64,000 nt of DNA from Giardia intestinalis (lineage: Eukaryota), in assembly GCA_000002435.2 (NCBI GenBank), contig CM018791.1. One strand, written 5' to 3'. Both the position numbers and the translations under genes were made by a program. A model generated the notes under the pieces. It did no database searches. It worked only from the letters and a program-made list of their open reading frames with translations, and was not told the origin of the DNA. Below, in pieces: positions 47,649-56,955 of the stretch (within the stretch, counting starts at the first letter, position 1; each line of letters starts with the position of its first letter).

Positions 47649-49019
47649 TCACCCAATTATGTTTTGTAACTGCGCTCCAGGGCGCTTAAGGTTTGCTACT
47701 ATTTGAAGCTTCCTCTGCCTACTACGAACGATGACTAAGGCTATAATTAGTGCTAAAACAATGACTCCTAGTACAGATCCAATTACAATCCACACAATTG
47801 TCCATGTAGATAACCTCTGGGAGATAACTGTAAATGTCCCGTCGCTCCAATCCAATCCGTTTAACCCTCGTACAATCTTCCCACTATAATAGTTGTATTT
47901 GTCTGCCGGTGGATTGTAAACTCCATCCTCGAATGCTAGTTGCCGTCTCCTGCTTCTCCACAGTGTAGGCACCAGGGCTTCAGCAAGGTGGCTTTTCGCT
48001 GGAATTGCGGTGTATGCATAGTGCTCAATGCACAGGGTATCCTCTCCAATAGGAACGTAGAAGTATCCATAGTCACCCCACTTTTCACCCCATGAGTTTC
48101 TGATAACCCATGCCTCAGTTCCTTTATAATATCCATACCCAACAAATACTATCTGATGATCAGCGCCATATACAGAGCAAGGTTCGTGGAAGAGGCCTCC
48201 AGTGTATCTACTGAATTTGTTTGATCCCTGCAACCCGCCCCCGTCTACAAACATGGCACCAACAACTGGTATGCCTCTTGCAATATAGGATTTAATGACA
48301 TTGATGACCGATCTGTTGAATGGCTTTCTAGAGTGATCATAAATACGAATTAACGAACTGTAACAAGAGCCTCCTAACTTCAGCCTTGCAAACGGATTGA
48401 GGTATGCGTTGGAGGGTATCTTGGGGTCATGTTGAAGAATTGTGGAAGGGTTGGTTGATAGCTTTGCTGAAGTATACGGCCAATTGCTTTGAAGCTCAAC
48501 TGTTGGTGTATTATCATTAGCATAATCAAAGGCAGCATATATAAAGTTGCCTCCGTTACAAAACTGATTTCCAATAGATTGCGATGTATTCATTAGATAT
48601 TGAACCGATCCCTCAGTAACGATATCGCTGAAGTAAGGGCCTTGTGGAGTGTCAGTGTATCTGCTTCTTGTTGCTATAATAGAGGATTCAGCAAGGGTCA
48701 TTGTCCCAAAGGCCCAACATGAGCCACATACACCTTGATCCTTTACCGGCACCTGCAATCCAGCCTCTCGTAGGTCATATGAGGTTGGAATTTCAGGCAG
48801 TGTTGAAAGGGGGTCAGTTAAAGTATACACTTGTCTACAGGTTCCACTAGTTAAATGCCCAGAGGTACTGATTGAGATTGAAAAGATCCTGGATAGCTTG
48901 TATTCTACGGTGGTCCGTAGTAGCCCCCAAACCGAAGAGGAAACCTCCGTGATTTCTTCCCGAGGTACTTGGATGAGTTGAGGCAGGGCAAGACAGATGA
49001 ATATGGCAAGAAGTCTCAT
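47649..49019 (-). CDS. Cathepsin B-like papain-family cysteine protease with C-terminal transmembrane anchor
   Basis: 456 aa with a verified ATG. Has a signal peptide (MRLLAIFICLALPQL) and a prodomain. The catalytic Cys is in QGVCGSCWAFG, the His in GADHQIVFVGYGYY and the Asn in NSWGEKWGDYGY. The C-terminal helix TWTIVWIVIGSVLGVIVLALIIALVIV plus RSRQRK tail indicates a type I membrane anchor. Confidence 0.9.
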   Translation of the reverse strand: MRLLAIFICLALPQLIQVPREEITEVSSSVWGLLRTTVEYKLSRIFSISISTSGHLTSGTCRQVYTLTDPLSTLPEIPTSYDLREAGLQVPVKDQGVCGSCWAFGTMTLAESSIIATRSRYTDTPQGPYFSDIVTEGSVQYLMNTSQSIGNQFCNGGNFIYAAFDYANDNTPTVELQSNWPYTSAKLSTNPSTILQHDPKIPSNAYLNPFARLKLGGSCYSSLIRIYDHSRKPFNRSVINVIKSYIARGIPVVGAMFVDGGGLQGSNKFSRYTGGLFHEPCSVYGADHQIVFVGYGYYKGTEAWVIRNSWGEKWGDYGYFYVPIGEDTLCIEHYAYTAIPAKSHLAEALVPTLWRSRRRQLAFEDGVYNPPADKYNYYSGKIVRGLNGLDWSDGTFTVISQRLSTWTIVWIVIGSVLGVIVLALIIALVIVRSRQRKLQIVANLKRPGAQLQNIIG

Positions 49020-49161
49020 CTTTTCTTATCTTCCCGGTAGGTAAGTACCAATCTACCAATCTACGTAACCTGCGACGCCTCGCAGGTTGCAAGGCGTCAC
49101 ACAGAAATAGATTCCCAGTGGCAGAGCCCGAAGAGTGGGGAGACCACGAAGCACTGGATGT

Positions 49162-49686
49162 TTACTTAGGTGCCAACTTCTTCTGGTAGAAGAGAAGCTC
49201 AGGTCCCTCAAGGATGTATCCATCGGCAGTGCCTACCTGACCCGGACGAGACGAGATGCGGGCAAGGATGTGGTCGCCCCTAATCTGATCAAGAATTTCC
49301 TTGTCGAGCGTGTCATTCGAGAGGGCGCTCTTGAATGGAGCGGAGTCTATCTGGACTACGCACCCCTTGACAAGCGTATTTGTACGGACAAGCTCGTTGG
49401 AAGTCGAGTTGTACACCACCTGGAGGATGCGGGCCTTGTGAGAAATGTCCGCGCTACCCCATGCAAAACTGCCGTGACTCAGGCGAAGAGCACGGCGCTT
49501 GATGTTGCCTCCGCGGCACCTGATTGTTGAAATCTTCTGGCCCTCGTTCTTTTTCGAAGTGACCTTGACAATAAGCTTAGTGTTCGCTGGCTGGCGGCCA
49601 AGATTATACTTGCGCTTCTTGTGCCATTTGCCCTGGACGGCACCAGTCTTGCTCCTCTTGTACATCTTGTCGTGAGTGATACCCAT
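49162..49686 (-). CDS. RPS8: 40S ribosomal protein S8e
   Basis: 174 aa with a verified [41 protein letters not shown] ... [22 protein letters not shown] ... [22 protein letters not shown] is collinear with eukaryotic RPS8 ([37 protein letters not shown] ... NELVRTKTLVKNCIV ... [22 protein letters not shown]). It lacks the lysine-rich middle insertion. Confidence 0.9.
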   Translation of the reverse strand: MGITHDKMYKRSKTGAVQGKWHKKRKYNLGRQPANTKLIVKVTSKKNEGQKISTIRCRGGNIKRRALRLSHGSFAWGSADISHKARILQVVYNSTSNELVRTNTLVKGCVVQIDSAPFKSALSNDTLDKEILDQIRGDHILARISSRPGQVGTADGYILEGPELLFYQKKLAPK

Positions 49687-49842
49687 TTTCGCCTCTAGAC
49701 TCCCGGACTCTCAAGGAGGAAACATTCACAAAAAGGAATATGAAATTAAAATGGATTGTGCTGCCGTGCAAGTTTTTTCGCATTAATTCCAGTTACATTT
49801 TTATTAAAGTGTGACCAGCGATTGCAAGTATTTTTGCTTCTG

Positions 49843-52332
49843 ATGGTCATACGCAACTTGACTTCGTTTGTCAATACCATCCGTGGAGCGTCCACCAGAG
49901 AGTCACTGATAAAGATCCTGACTGGTGGCCCAGACCAGGAGTCCTCTGAGCAACTTTCACGCGGGAAATCCAAACAGTTGCGCATAGCCATCGATGGCGA
50001 CTCCCTCTTTTATTACTTGTATATGCAAAAGGTAGACTGGCTCATCGGAGGTGATGGGCCGTTCTTTTCATCGGTTATCAAGGCATTTATTGACTCACTA
50101 GCACGCTTTAACATAACACCCGTGATCTTTGTCCCCCCTTCATATGTAAGCACAACCTCACCATCTCAGGAACTTAAGAAAGGAAAAACCCACGTTCAGT
50201 ACGTGGCAGAGATCGCGAGAGCCATAGAAAAGGACTCCGGCACCACCTTGGAAAAGACAGCAAGGAACGTTCAGTTCTATCCTCTATCACACTATACCTT
50301 TATCGATACCTTAAGAGCTAACAAGGTCCAGTTTCGAGTCACAGACGGGCCTGTCATTCCATACATATGCGCTTACGCGAAGGAGAAGAACATCCCCGTC
50401 ATAGCCTATGACACTGTTTATTACGCGCATGATATTCCTTGCTACATTCATTGTGACTCTATTACATTTAAACCAAATGACATTCAGGTGAGAGTCGTTC
50501 GACCATCTGTAATACTTAAGGATCTGCAGCTCTCTGTTAAGCAGTTCCAGCTCATATGCCGTCTTTTACCATCAGATTTTTATATTCCAACAGCTCTGGC
50601 ACCATTTCGAGACATGGTTTTTGACAATTTTAACGGTGGCAAAAAGCAGCTAGAAGAAGCAGATATACATGTTCAGCGCATTAGTGCACTCGTTTCTTAC
50701 GTAAAAAGTCACACCAATGCTGGAGACGATGCCTCATCTGACGATTATGCAGAGTTCTTTGTCAATATCCAAGAACTCAATGCAAAGTACTATAATGACC
50801 ACAGAGATAAGTATTCTAAACGATTGAGCTCGGGTACTGGTGACTTAGGTAACGAGTTAGCTCAACCCGAGGTCAACGATCTAGAAGAGTTGCTACCAAC
50901 AGACCAAGACAAGGTTTTGGAAATCCTCCACAGTTCTGCGCGGATGTTTAATCTCAAAGACTATAAAGATTCCGTCAAACTCGTTTCTCCGCGTGAAAAC
51001 TCACGGTTTGACTCACAAGTCTTTCCAAATTGGATAGAGACTTTTGCGCGGCAGGGGCTCATTCCTCCCATTCTGATGTTTGCCATTAACTTGGGCTTCA
51101 TACCATTACTTTGTGGAATAGAGGCTGTTTCGGGGAGCCTACTTGGAAGGACCTCTTCATGTCTACTAGCACGTCAGCTCCGCGTATTCTCCTATTCTTT
51201 GCTGGGTCTCAGTCGTATGGATGAGCAATTTAGACGCGGAGAAGAGTGGGTGTCTGAGGTTCTCGACTTACCTCTGTTTAGTGACCTAGTTGAAAGATAT
51301 CAACTTTTACCGTTGAAGAAGCTTGTGACCGGGGCGGATACCTCTTATCTTGAAAAGTTTCCAAGTCTAGCGGGCCCTGTGCGTCGAGAGCTTGTTCTGT
51401 TGGTTTTGCTGGATGGGGACTCGACCTTGGTGAGCAATTTGATTGAGAGATTCTCAAAGCCGGCGGTGGTGAACTCGGCTGAACCGGACTCTATCAAGGC
51501 ACCAGAGCCATCGCTCTGGCACACAGATGTGTTTATCTTTGCGTGCATAATTCATATGCTTAAGCGTCTTGCTGAGCTGGAGGAGACTTGCGAACACGTA
51601 AAAGGAGAGCAGGCATCTGTATCGTCTGAAATGCTGGCGACTATACTGACAGCCGCATACCTTCCGCTCTGCCCGGATATCGAGCAGGCGAATCCCAAGC
51701 GTAGCGCGTGTAATATAAACATTCATATGCTTACGCTTACGTCTGCGCTGCAATTTGTCTATGAGGCAGGTTTGATAGTCAACTCTCTGCTTGGCAGACC
51801 GTTGGACATCCGTGTTACAGACTTACACAGGGGGTTATCCTATCTCCTCTTATACCACGAAGAGAACCATGAAAGGAATTCTCAGCTGCGTAAGTATAAT
51901 CTAGGTCTAACGGACCCTAACACACCATTCTATCAGTCGGATGCTTATAACGTTACGAAGAAAGCTAGACAAGAGAAGAATTATACCACGCTTTCTAGGC
52001 AAGACAAGTACATCTGCACGAATATCGAGAAGTACGAACGACTGCGGCTAGCACTAACTACTTTATCTCATGACGTGCTGCCAACCATAAAAGATCCTAA
52101 CAGCTCCTCTGCAATGGCCATCACAAGGTTGACAGATGGGTCGTACGTGTCACCCTCTGACTTGCAAACCCTGCCAATGGAGGCTCGCTTTTACATGGTC
52201 AATCAGGAGCAGAAGCAGCCACGAAAGCCTAAGAAAAGAGAAACGCCTTATAGCTTTACTGAATTAAGAAACAATCATCAAACACAAGCAGACCAGCAAC
52301 AGCCTCTTTGCAAGGAACAACAGGGACAGTGA
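49843..52332 (+). CDS. PIN-like (XPG-N / Asteroid-type) nuclease-domain protein
   Basis: The track start at 49756 is TTG, and the first ATG is at 49843. From that ATG the protein reads MVIRNLTSFVNTIRGAS ... KQLRIAIDGDSLFYYLY, which mirrors the XPG-N/Asteroid N-terminus (MGIRGLxSFV ... KIVIDGYALFHRL) including the acidic Asp pair. 830 aa, and the remainder has no recognised motif. Confidence 0.65.
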   Translation: MVIRNLTSFVNTIRGASTRESLIKILTGGPDQESSEQLSRGKSKQLRIAIDGDSLFYYLYMQKVDWLIGGDGPFFSSVIKAFIDSLARFNITPVIFVPPSYVSTTSPSQELKKGKTHVQYVAEIARAIEKDSGTTLEKTARNVQFYPLSHYTFIDTLRANKVQFRVTDGPVIPYICAYAKEKNIPVIAYDTVYYAHDIPCYIHCDSITFKPNDIQVRVVRPSVILKDLQLSVKQFQLICRLLPSDFYIPTALAPFRDMVFDNFNGGKKQLEEADIHVQRISALVSYVKSHTNAGDDASSDDYAEFFVNIQELNAKYYNDHRDKYSKRLSSGTGDLGNELAQPEVNDLEELLPTDQDKVLEILHSSARMFNLKDYKDSVKLVSPRENSRFDSQVFPNWIETFARQGLIPPILMFAINLGFIPLLCGIEAVSGSLLGRTSSCLLARQLRVFSYSLLGLSRMDEQFRRGEEWVSEVLDLPLFSDLVERYQLLPLKKLVTGADTSYLEKFPSLAGPVRRELVLLVLLDGDSTLVSNLIERFSKPAVVNSAEPDSIKAPEPSLWHTDVFIFACIIHMLKRLAELEETCEHVKGEQASVSSEMLATILTAAYLPLCPDIEQANPKRSACNINIHMLTLTSALQFVYEAGLIVNSLLGRPLDIRVTDLHRGLSYLLLYHEENHERNSQLRKYNLGLTDPNTPFYQSDAYNVTKKARQEKNYTTLSRQDKYICTNIEKYERLRLALTTLSHDVLPTIKDPNSSSAMAITRLTDGSYVSPSDLQTLPMEARFYMVNQEQKQPRKPKKRETPYSFTELRNNHQTQADQQQPLCKEQQGQ

Positions 52333-52434
52333 AGCTAACGAAGAGGGGTTAAAGGTTACAATGCAGGTCTTCTGAAGCACCCTAGTACAATCAAATGGGT
52401 AAGGTTGGTGTGAGGAGTTGCACGTATACCTGCA

Positions 52435-53295
52435 CTATACTCTAAACGGAAGAGCAGTCGGTAAGTGTTTTGATGGAACTAACTTTTGAAGCTTGCCGCA
52501 GATGTACTGAAGGACTGTCGTGTAGAGGTCATCAACTTCATATGTTCCCACCCGCATATAACATGCCACCAGGAGCACAATATTGCAACAATCACTCACT
52601 GCACAGATAGTTTGAGTAAATACGTTGCCAAAAATAGGTCGAAAGATGGAGTACAATGCTGAGAATATGAAGCCACGCGCAAACGTTGAGTTGATCTTGA
52701 TCCTTGTCGGGTCAGAGGTAAAGTTTCTTTCAAACAGCTCTGCCTTTTCTGCATCAGTTTGTGCAATTGCAACACAAAAGCCGCGGAGAAGAGTACGCCA
52801 GGCAAGGCTCCCACAGAAGCAAAGAACAAACGGGATAAACATACGACCGCCAAAGTGAAGATAGAAAAGCTCTGACAGAAGGCTTTTGGATGCAGCGTCC
52901 AATACGATGGAGAGGCAATTGATCACGAGAATGTATATGGTTCCATTTATCCTCTGGTATGCGACGCTCTGGTCCATGCAAACAAATAGAATGGCGAACA
53001 CGCTAAACATGATGTAAGGAAAGTCAGCGAAATAGTTGCCCAATGTAAAGGTGGGGTCAGGGGAAAGAAGCAGACGACCTATAATGCCGTTTATGGTAAT
53101 ATCTATAAAGCAGGCCCCATACAAGACGGGGCCAAAAACCTTTGAGGGCATGCCTGCTCCATTAATAATTGTCCTAAACCGGTGTGTTTCCCGCTGTAAG
53201 GTAACGTATCTATTAGCTAACGTGAAGAGAGCACCAAAAATCTGCCCAAGAGCATTTAATCGCCGGTACACGATTGCTGTCTCTGGAATAATCAT
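52435..53295 (-). CDS. Hypothetical multi-pass membrane protein
   Basis: 286 aa with a verified ATG. Six to seven hydrophobic helices. A three-copy 10-bp tandem repeat and an AT-rich block lie immediately upstream in its promoter. Confidence 0.6.
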   Translation of the reverse strand: MIIPETAIVYRRLNALGQIFGALFTLANRYVTLQRETHRFRTIINGAGMPSKVFGPVLYGACFIDITINGIIGRLLLSPDPTFTLGNYFADFPYIMFSVFAILFVCMDQSVAYQRINGTIYILVINCLSIVLDAASKSLLSELFYLHFGGRMFIPFVLCFCGSLAWRTLLRGFCVAIAQTDAEKAELFERNFTSDPTRIKINSTFARGFIFSALYSIFRPIFGNVFTQTICAVSDCCNIVLLVACYMRVGTYEVDDLYTTVLQYICGKLQKLVPSKHLPTALPFRV

Positions 53296-53319
53296 CCACT
53301 TTCTAATTATTACTAATTA

Positions 53320-53349
53320 TTGCAAGGTATTACAAGGTGTTGCAAGGTT
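53320..53349. repeat. Perfect-register tandem repeat, 3 x 10 bp (TTGCAAGGTA / TTACAAGGTG / TTGCAAGGTT), in the promoter of gene 52435..53295
   Basis: Read directly: ttgcaaggta ttacaaggtg ttgcaaggtt at 53320..53349. It is preceded by the duplicated taattat at 53304..53320 and lies 25-55 bp upstream of the minus-strand ATG at 53295. Confidence 0.7.
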
Positions 53350-53383
53350 GATTGTCAACTGCTAAGGATCAATCAGTAATTGT

Positions 53384-56188
53384 CTATACGTTTACTACGC
53401 AACAGAGAAAGTAGCATTCTGCTGCAGGTGAAATCGAGAGAAAGAACCTGACTCCCCGTGGGATCGCAACACTCTCATACTGGCCAGTTGTGTACTCGGT
53501 TAGCTCTCCTTCTTTGGCCGATGTGTTTCCGTATAAAGAGAACCTAGCCCAGCCCTGAGATAGCTGGGTAATACAGTATCCGCTTGAGGTGATACGGTCA
53601 CTTTGGCCGACACCATAGAGGTGCCAGAGCATGGCCCCACCTGGCCGCTTACCATCAGCACGTTCCTCAATAATTCTGGCCATTTGAAGTCCATGAAAAT
53701 GCTCAAAGGAAAGCCCTGAAAAGCTCTTGAAGACATTGATGGACTGGGATCCTGATTTGTTGGTATACCAAAATCTATCCTCGTTGATTATGAGATTATT
53801 TTTTTGTACTATCCGTTGTATTCGTTCGGATTGCTTTTTTATGAAAAGTTGAGAATTTTCTAGACCAGCCCTAAAGTCGGCAGGTTGCTGACGTTTAGGC
53901 CGAGGAGGCTTATTCGGAATGAATGCGACCTTGACGCTTACAATGTAGGGTTTTTCTCCCGACGGATATGCGTACACCAAACCTTCTCCAATGGCCTTAT
54001 CAAGTTCTGGGACAACAATTCGCCCAGTACTGTGATCCCTGGGCAAGCAAGAATGGTCAACCGGGATGTTTTCTAGTTTAATATCCCGCACTTTTTTGGC
54101 ATTCATAACGGGTACTCCATACCTTCGACGAATCTCTTCTAACGTTAAGCCTGTCCCAGAGGTAAGGAAATTGCGGAGTTTATATGAGCCATAGACCTCG
54201 TCATATAGCTCCTTCCTAAAGTAGCTGTCGACAGTGCTGTGGTTCAGGTGGGCCATATCTATCTTCTTTGGCTTCTTCCGACTTGGTTCTGCCGGCTCGT
54301 CAACTAGACCCGATACAATGCTTTCGTTCGCTGGTACTTTTGAAGAAAAGCTGCCACTTTGCCTGTATGATTCCGTTTGGTCTATGTAATCAGTGGTATC
54401 GGCAACCGTAAACGGTTTAGATGTGCCTTCAGTAGCGTATCTATTGCCCTGATCATCTCCTTTATCCAGCTCGATTGGGTGCTGTAGGGGAGGCGGTGGA
54501 GTTAGGACGATCTTGCCATTCTTGTACGCTGGCTGTAAGTCCATCATTGTTAAAGTGTTATCTATAGATTTTGCAGCTGTCTTTGCATGCTCATCTTGGC
54601 GCCGAGGCTCAGCAGATGCTTCACGCGGAGATACTGAGATAGGAAATCTGGATGGATCTGATGTGTGCTCTCTGGAATTGGGGACAATGTTCAGTAGGTT
54701 TGAGGACTTTGCACTGCTACTAACTAAGCTTATATTCCGCTGAATTGCTTGGCCAATGGCTGTCATGCTCCGTCTAGGACGGTACTGGCTCTTGCGTATA
54801 TCTTCTACACCGATGATCCTGATATTGTCCTTCGTAGATTCTTGTAGATTTATAGACTCCATGAGTTCATTGGCAACAGAGTTAGTTGGTTTTTCTGGAG
54901 TAGCAGGGTCAATGGAGACATCATGAACAGAATGTGCTTCATCATGTGTGTGTCCTTGAATTGCTTGAACATTAATCACCTCCAGATCGGCAGGGGCCTG
55001 CTGTGGAGGCAGCTCCCTGCCTGCCACAACCTCGTGGAAGCGTTCTGGCGGTTGAATTACCGAAAACTTCCGTAGCTGTTTCACTTCTATGCCATCCTCT
55101 GCCTCGGTATCGTGATGTTTCTGTACGTTCTTTCTGGGGAGGGGCTGATGTCTTTGCTCTAAAACCTTTTGTGGTATCGGCTGCACTGAGTACACTTTTG
55201 CATCTGCCTCTTCTTTCTGCACTGTGTTTATATTATGGACCACGACAGACGCAGCTGTTTCTGAAGTTACTGCTGCAGCGATCACTGCTGGTTTTGGTAC
55301 AACTGGAGCCTCTCTCTCAGCAAAGTATGGGTCATGAAAAGAATCTGAACTCGAGGCAGATACGTCAGGATCTATCTGTTGACTGGATAAGTCAAGCATC
55401 CCCTTTTTCTTTTGAGCTCCCTCGAGTCGCCGGCCCTTTTGTGCTTTTTGTGTTATAGGTTTCTTTTGCTCTATCTTGGTTTGCTTCTCGTTGCCGACTG
55501 CAGCGGTAGTTTGTTGCTGTGGCGACTGCGGTGATTGTGATGATTGTACGTATGCCCATTCCACAGGCGAGGGCTTTTTCTCGAGGCCCTTTGGGCGTTT
55601 CTTCTTGAGTTTCTTCCTTTGCAAGACAGGATGCTTTGATACTTTGGGTGGAGCGTTATTTAGCTCCTTTTGATATGTTTTCATATAACTATCTTTACAG
55701 CTCTGCTCCACCTCAGCCAGCTGTTGCTCCTGGCTTTTTGGAAGGTGTGCTATATCTTTGTTATGCACGCTATCTATAGCACTAGCTTCTATGTGCTGGC
55801 TAGACTCGTCTGCGTTGATGGAGTCAAATTGAAAGAGGGAATCTTTTGCAAACACATCTGGAACTTCAAAAGCAGATGAGGCACTAGGGTGAAGAGCACG
55901 TGACATGGGAGCGGTACTGTTTGGCGATTGACCAAAGCCACTTAAACCAGCCAAGTTGCGTGACTGCTGACTTGCGAACTTGATTCCAGAATTCAGATTA
56001 TTGAGCATGTGCTTCGCGTCACTCAACTCACCTAGGCTTGTGGCACCTGAGGCATCAATCTCCGCGTCTCGTAAGAAGAGAGCAGCGTCATCTTTTGATA
56101 CGCCGGTGAGTCCTAGATTATCTTTTTGTAGTAACATGTTCCGACGGATTAGGCTTTCCATTGTCCCATTTGTATCTGCATTTGGCAT
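53384..56188 (-). CDS. Large low-complexity hypothetical protein; the C-terminal ~300 aa are structured and carry a kinase catalytic-loop-like motif
   Basis: 934 aa with a verified ATG. Most of the protein is S/P/Q/K-rich. The C-terminal region contains VRDIKLENIPVD, which resembles the ePK catalytic loop HRDIKPENILVD, but no clear DFG or Gly-loop. The domain call is tentative. Confidence 0.7.
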   Translation of the reverse strand: MPNADTNGTMESLIRRNMLLQKDNLGLTGVSKDDAALFLRDAEIDASGATSLGELSDAKHMLNNLNSGIKFASQQSRNLAGLSGFGQSPNSTAPMSRALHPSASSAFEVPDVFAKDSLFQFDSINADESSQHIEASAIDSVHNKDIAHLPKSQEQQLAEVEQSCKDSYMKTYQKELNNAPPKVSKHPVLQRKKLKKKRPKGLEKKPSPVEWAYVQSSQSPQSPQQQTTAAVGNEKQTKIEQKKPITQKAQKGRRLEGAQKKKGMLDLSSQQIDPDVSASSSDSFHDPYFAEREAPVVPKPAVIAAAVTSETAASVVVHNINTVQKEEADAKVYSVQPIPQKVLEQRHQPLPRKNVQKHHDTEAEDGIEVKQLRKFSVIQPPERFHEVVAGRELPPQQAPADLEVINVQAIQGHTHDEAHSVHDVSIDPATPEKPTNSVANELMESINLQESTKDNIRIIGVEDIRKSQYRPRRSMTAIGQAIQRNISLVSSSAKSSNLLNIVPNSREHTSDPSRFPISVSPREASAEPRRQDEHAKTAAKSIDNTLTMMDLQPAYKNGKIVLTPPPPLQHPIELDKGDDQGNRYATEGTSKPFTVADTTDYIDQTESYRQSGSFSSKVPANESIVSGLVDEPAEPSRKKPKKIDMAHLNHSTVDSYFRKELYDEVYGSYKLRNFLTSGTGLTLEEIRRRYGVPVMNAKKVRDIKLENIPVDHSCLPRDHSTGRIVVPELDKAIGEGLVYAYPSGEKPYIVSVKVAFIPNKPPRPKRQQPADFRAGLENSQLFIKKQSERIQRIVQKNNLIINEDRFWYTNKSGSQSINVFKSFSGLSFEHFHGLQMARIIEERADGKRPGGAMLWHLYGVGQSDRITSSGYCITQLSQGWARFSLYGNTSAKEGELTEYTTGQYESVAIPRGVRFFLSISPAAECYFLCCVVNV

Positions 56189-56262
56189 AGAGAGTTCTCT
56201 CTACGTCCTAAGCACTCAAGTAATTAATTTTTTGCTGAGTCAAAGAGAGATTGCGCAGGCGG

Positions 56263-56955
56263 ATGAGCAGGCAACTTGGGGATTTACTCGAAAACATAAA
56301 GGCGGCAGTATTCGACTTTGACGGGACTCTGGTCGATTCGCATAAGATATGGGCAAAAATAGATCAGGATCTTTTCGATCAACTGGGTCTAGTACAGCCC
56401 CCGAACTACGAAAAGGACATTGCTGGAAAGCGTCTACCAGAGATAGCTAAGTATATTATTGAGCACTTCCAGTTGACGAATGTGAGCCAGGAGAGAATTC
56501 TGAGCTGCTGGGAGGAAAGCTATATGAAGTACTTTTCCAGCTCAGCACAATTCATAGATGGCGCTGCCGAGTTTCTTACGTACTTGGCATCCAAAAACAT
56601 TGCCATCGGGATTGCCACTGCTTCCACACACAAACTAGTAGAGCTGTTTTTCTCCAACCATCCTGAAATACGTGCACTGATAAGTTGCGTAGTCACATCA
56701 GAAGACGTTGTGCACTCTAAGCCAGCTCCAGATGTTTTCCTGAAGTGTCTAGAGAGCCTAGGTGCTCATCCCAGCGAGGGGATCATTTTTGAAGACTCTC
56801 TTGTGGGTCTTTCTGCAGCTACCAAGACAGGAAGCAAGGTGGTTTGTATTCTTTCCCACCCTGATGACCATTTAGAAAAGAAAGAGCTGAGCCAGTTGCA
56901 AATTAACTCTTATTCTGAGTATCTGTATCAATCTCGTACACTGGAGGAAAGCTGA
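56263..56955 (+). CDS. HAD-superfamily hydrolase (subfamily IA, beta-phosphoglucomutase/phosphatase-like)
   Basis: The track start at 56251 is TTG, and the first ATG is at 56263. Motif I is AAVFDFDGTLVDS (DxDGT). Motif II-III-like residues are present, and the metal-binding region is IFEDSLVGLSAATKTGSKVV. 230 aa. Confidence 0.8.
   Translation: MSRQLGDLLENIKAAVFDFDGTLVDSHKIWAKIDQDLFDQLGLVQPPNYEKDIAGKRLPEIAKYIIEHFQLTNVSQERILSCWEESYMKYFSSSAQFIDGAAEFLTYLASKNIAIGIATASTHKLVELFFSNHPEIRALISCVVTSEDVVHSKPAPDVFLKCLESLGAHPSEGIIFEDSLVGLSAATKTGSKVVCILSHPDDHLEKKELSQLQINSYSEYLYQSRTLEES

Noticed and set aside
49020-49161. GGTAAGT (canonical 5' splice-site-like) in the spacer between the cathepsin B and RPS8 genes
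   Set aside because: Both flanking genes are on the minus strand, where the motif reads GGTACTTACC. RPS8 is collinear with homologues without any intron. There is no branch-point or AG context suggesting a real intron.
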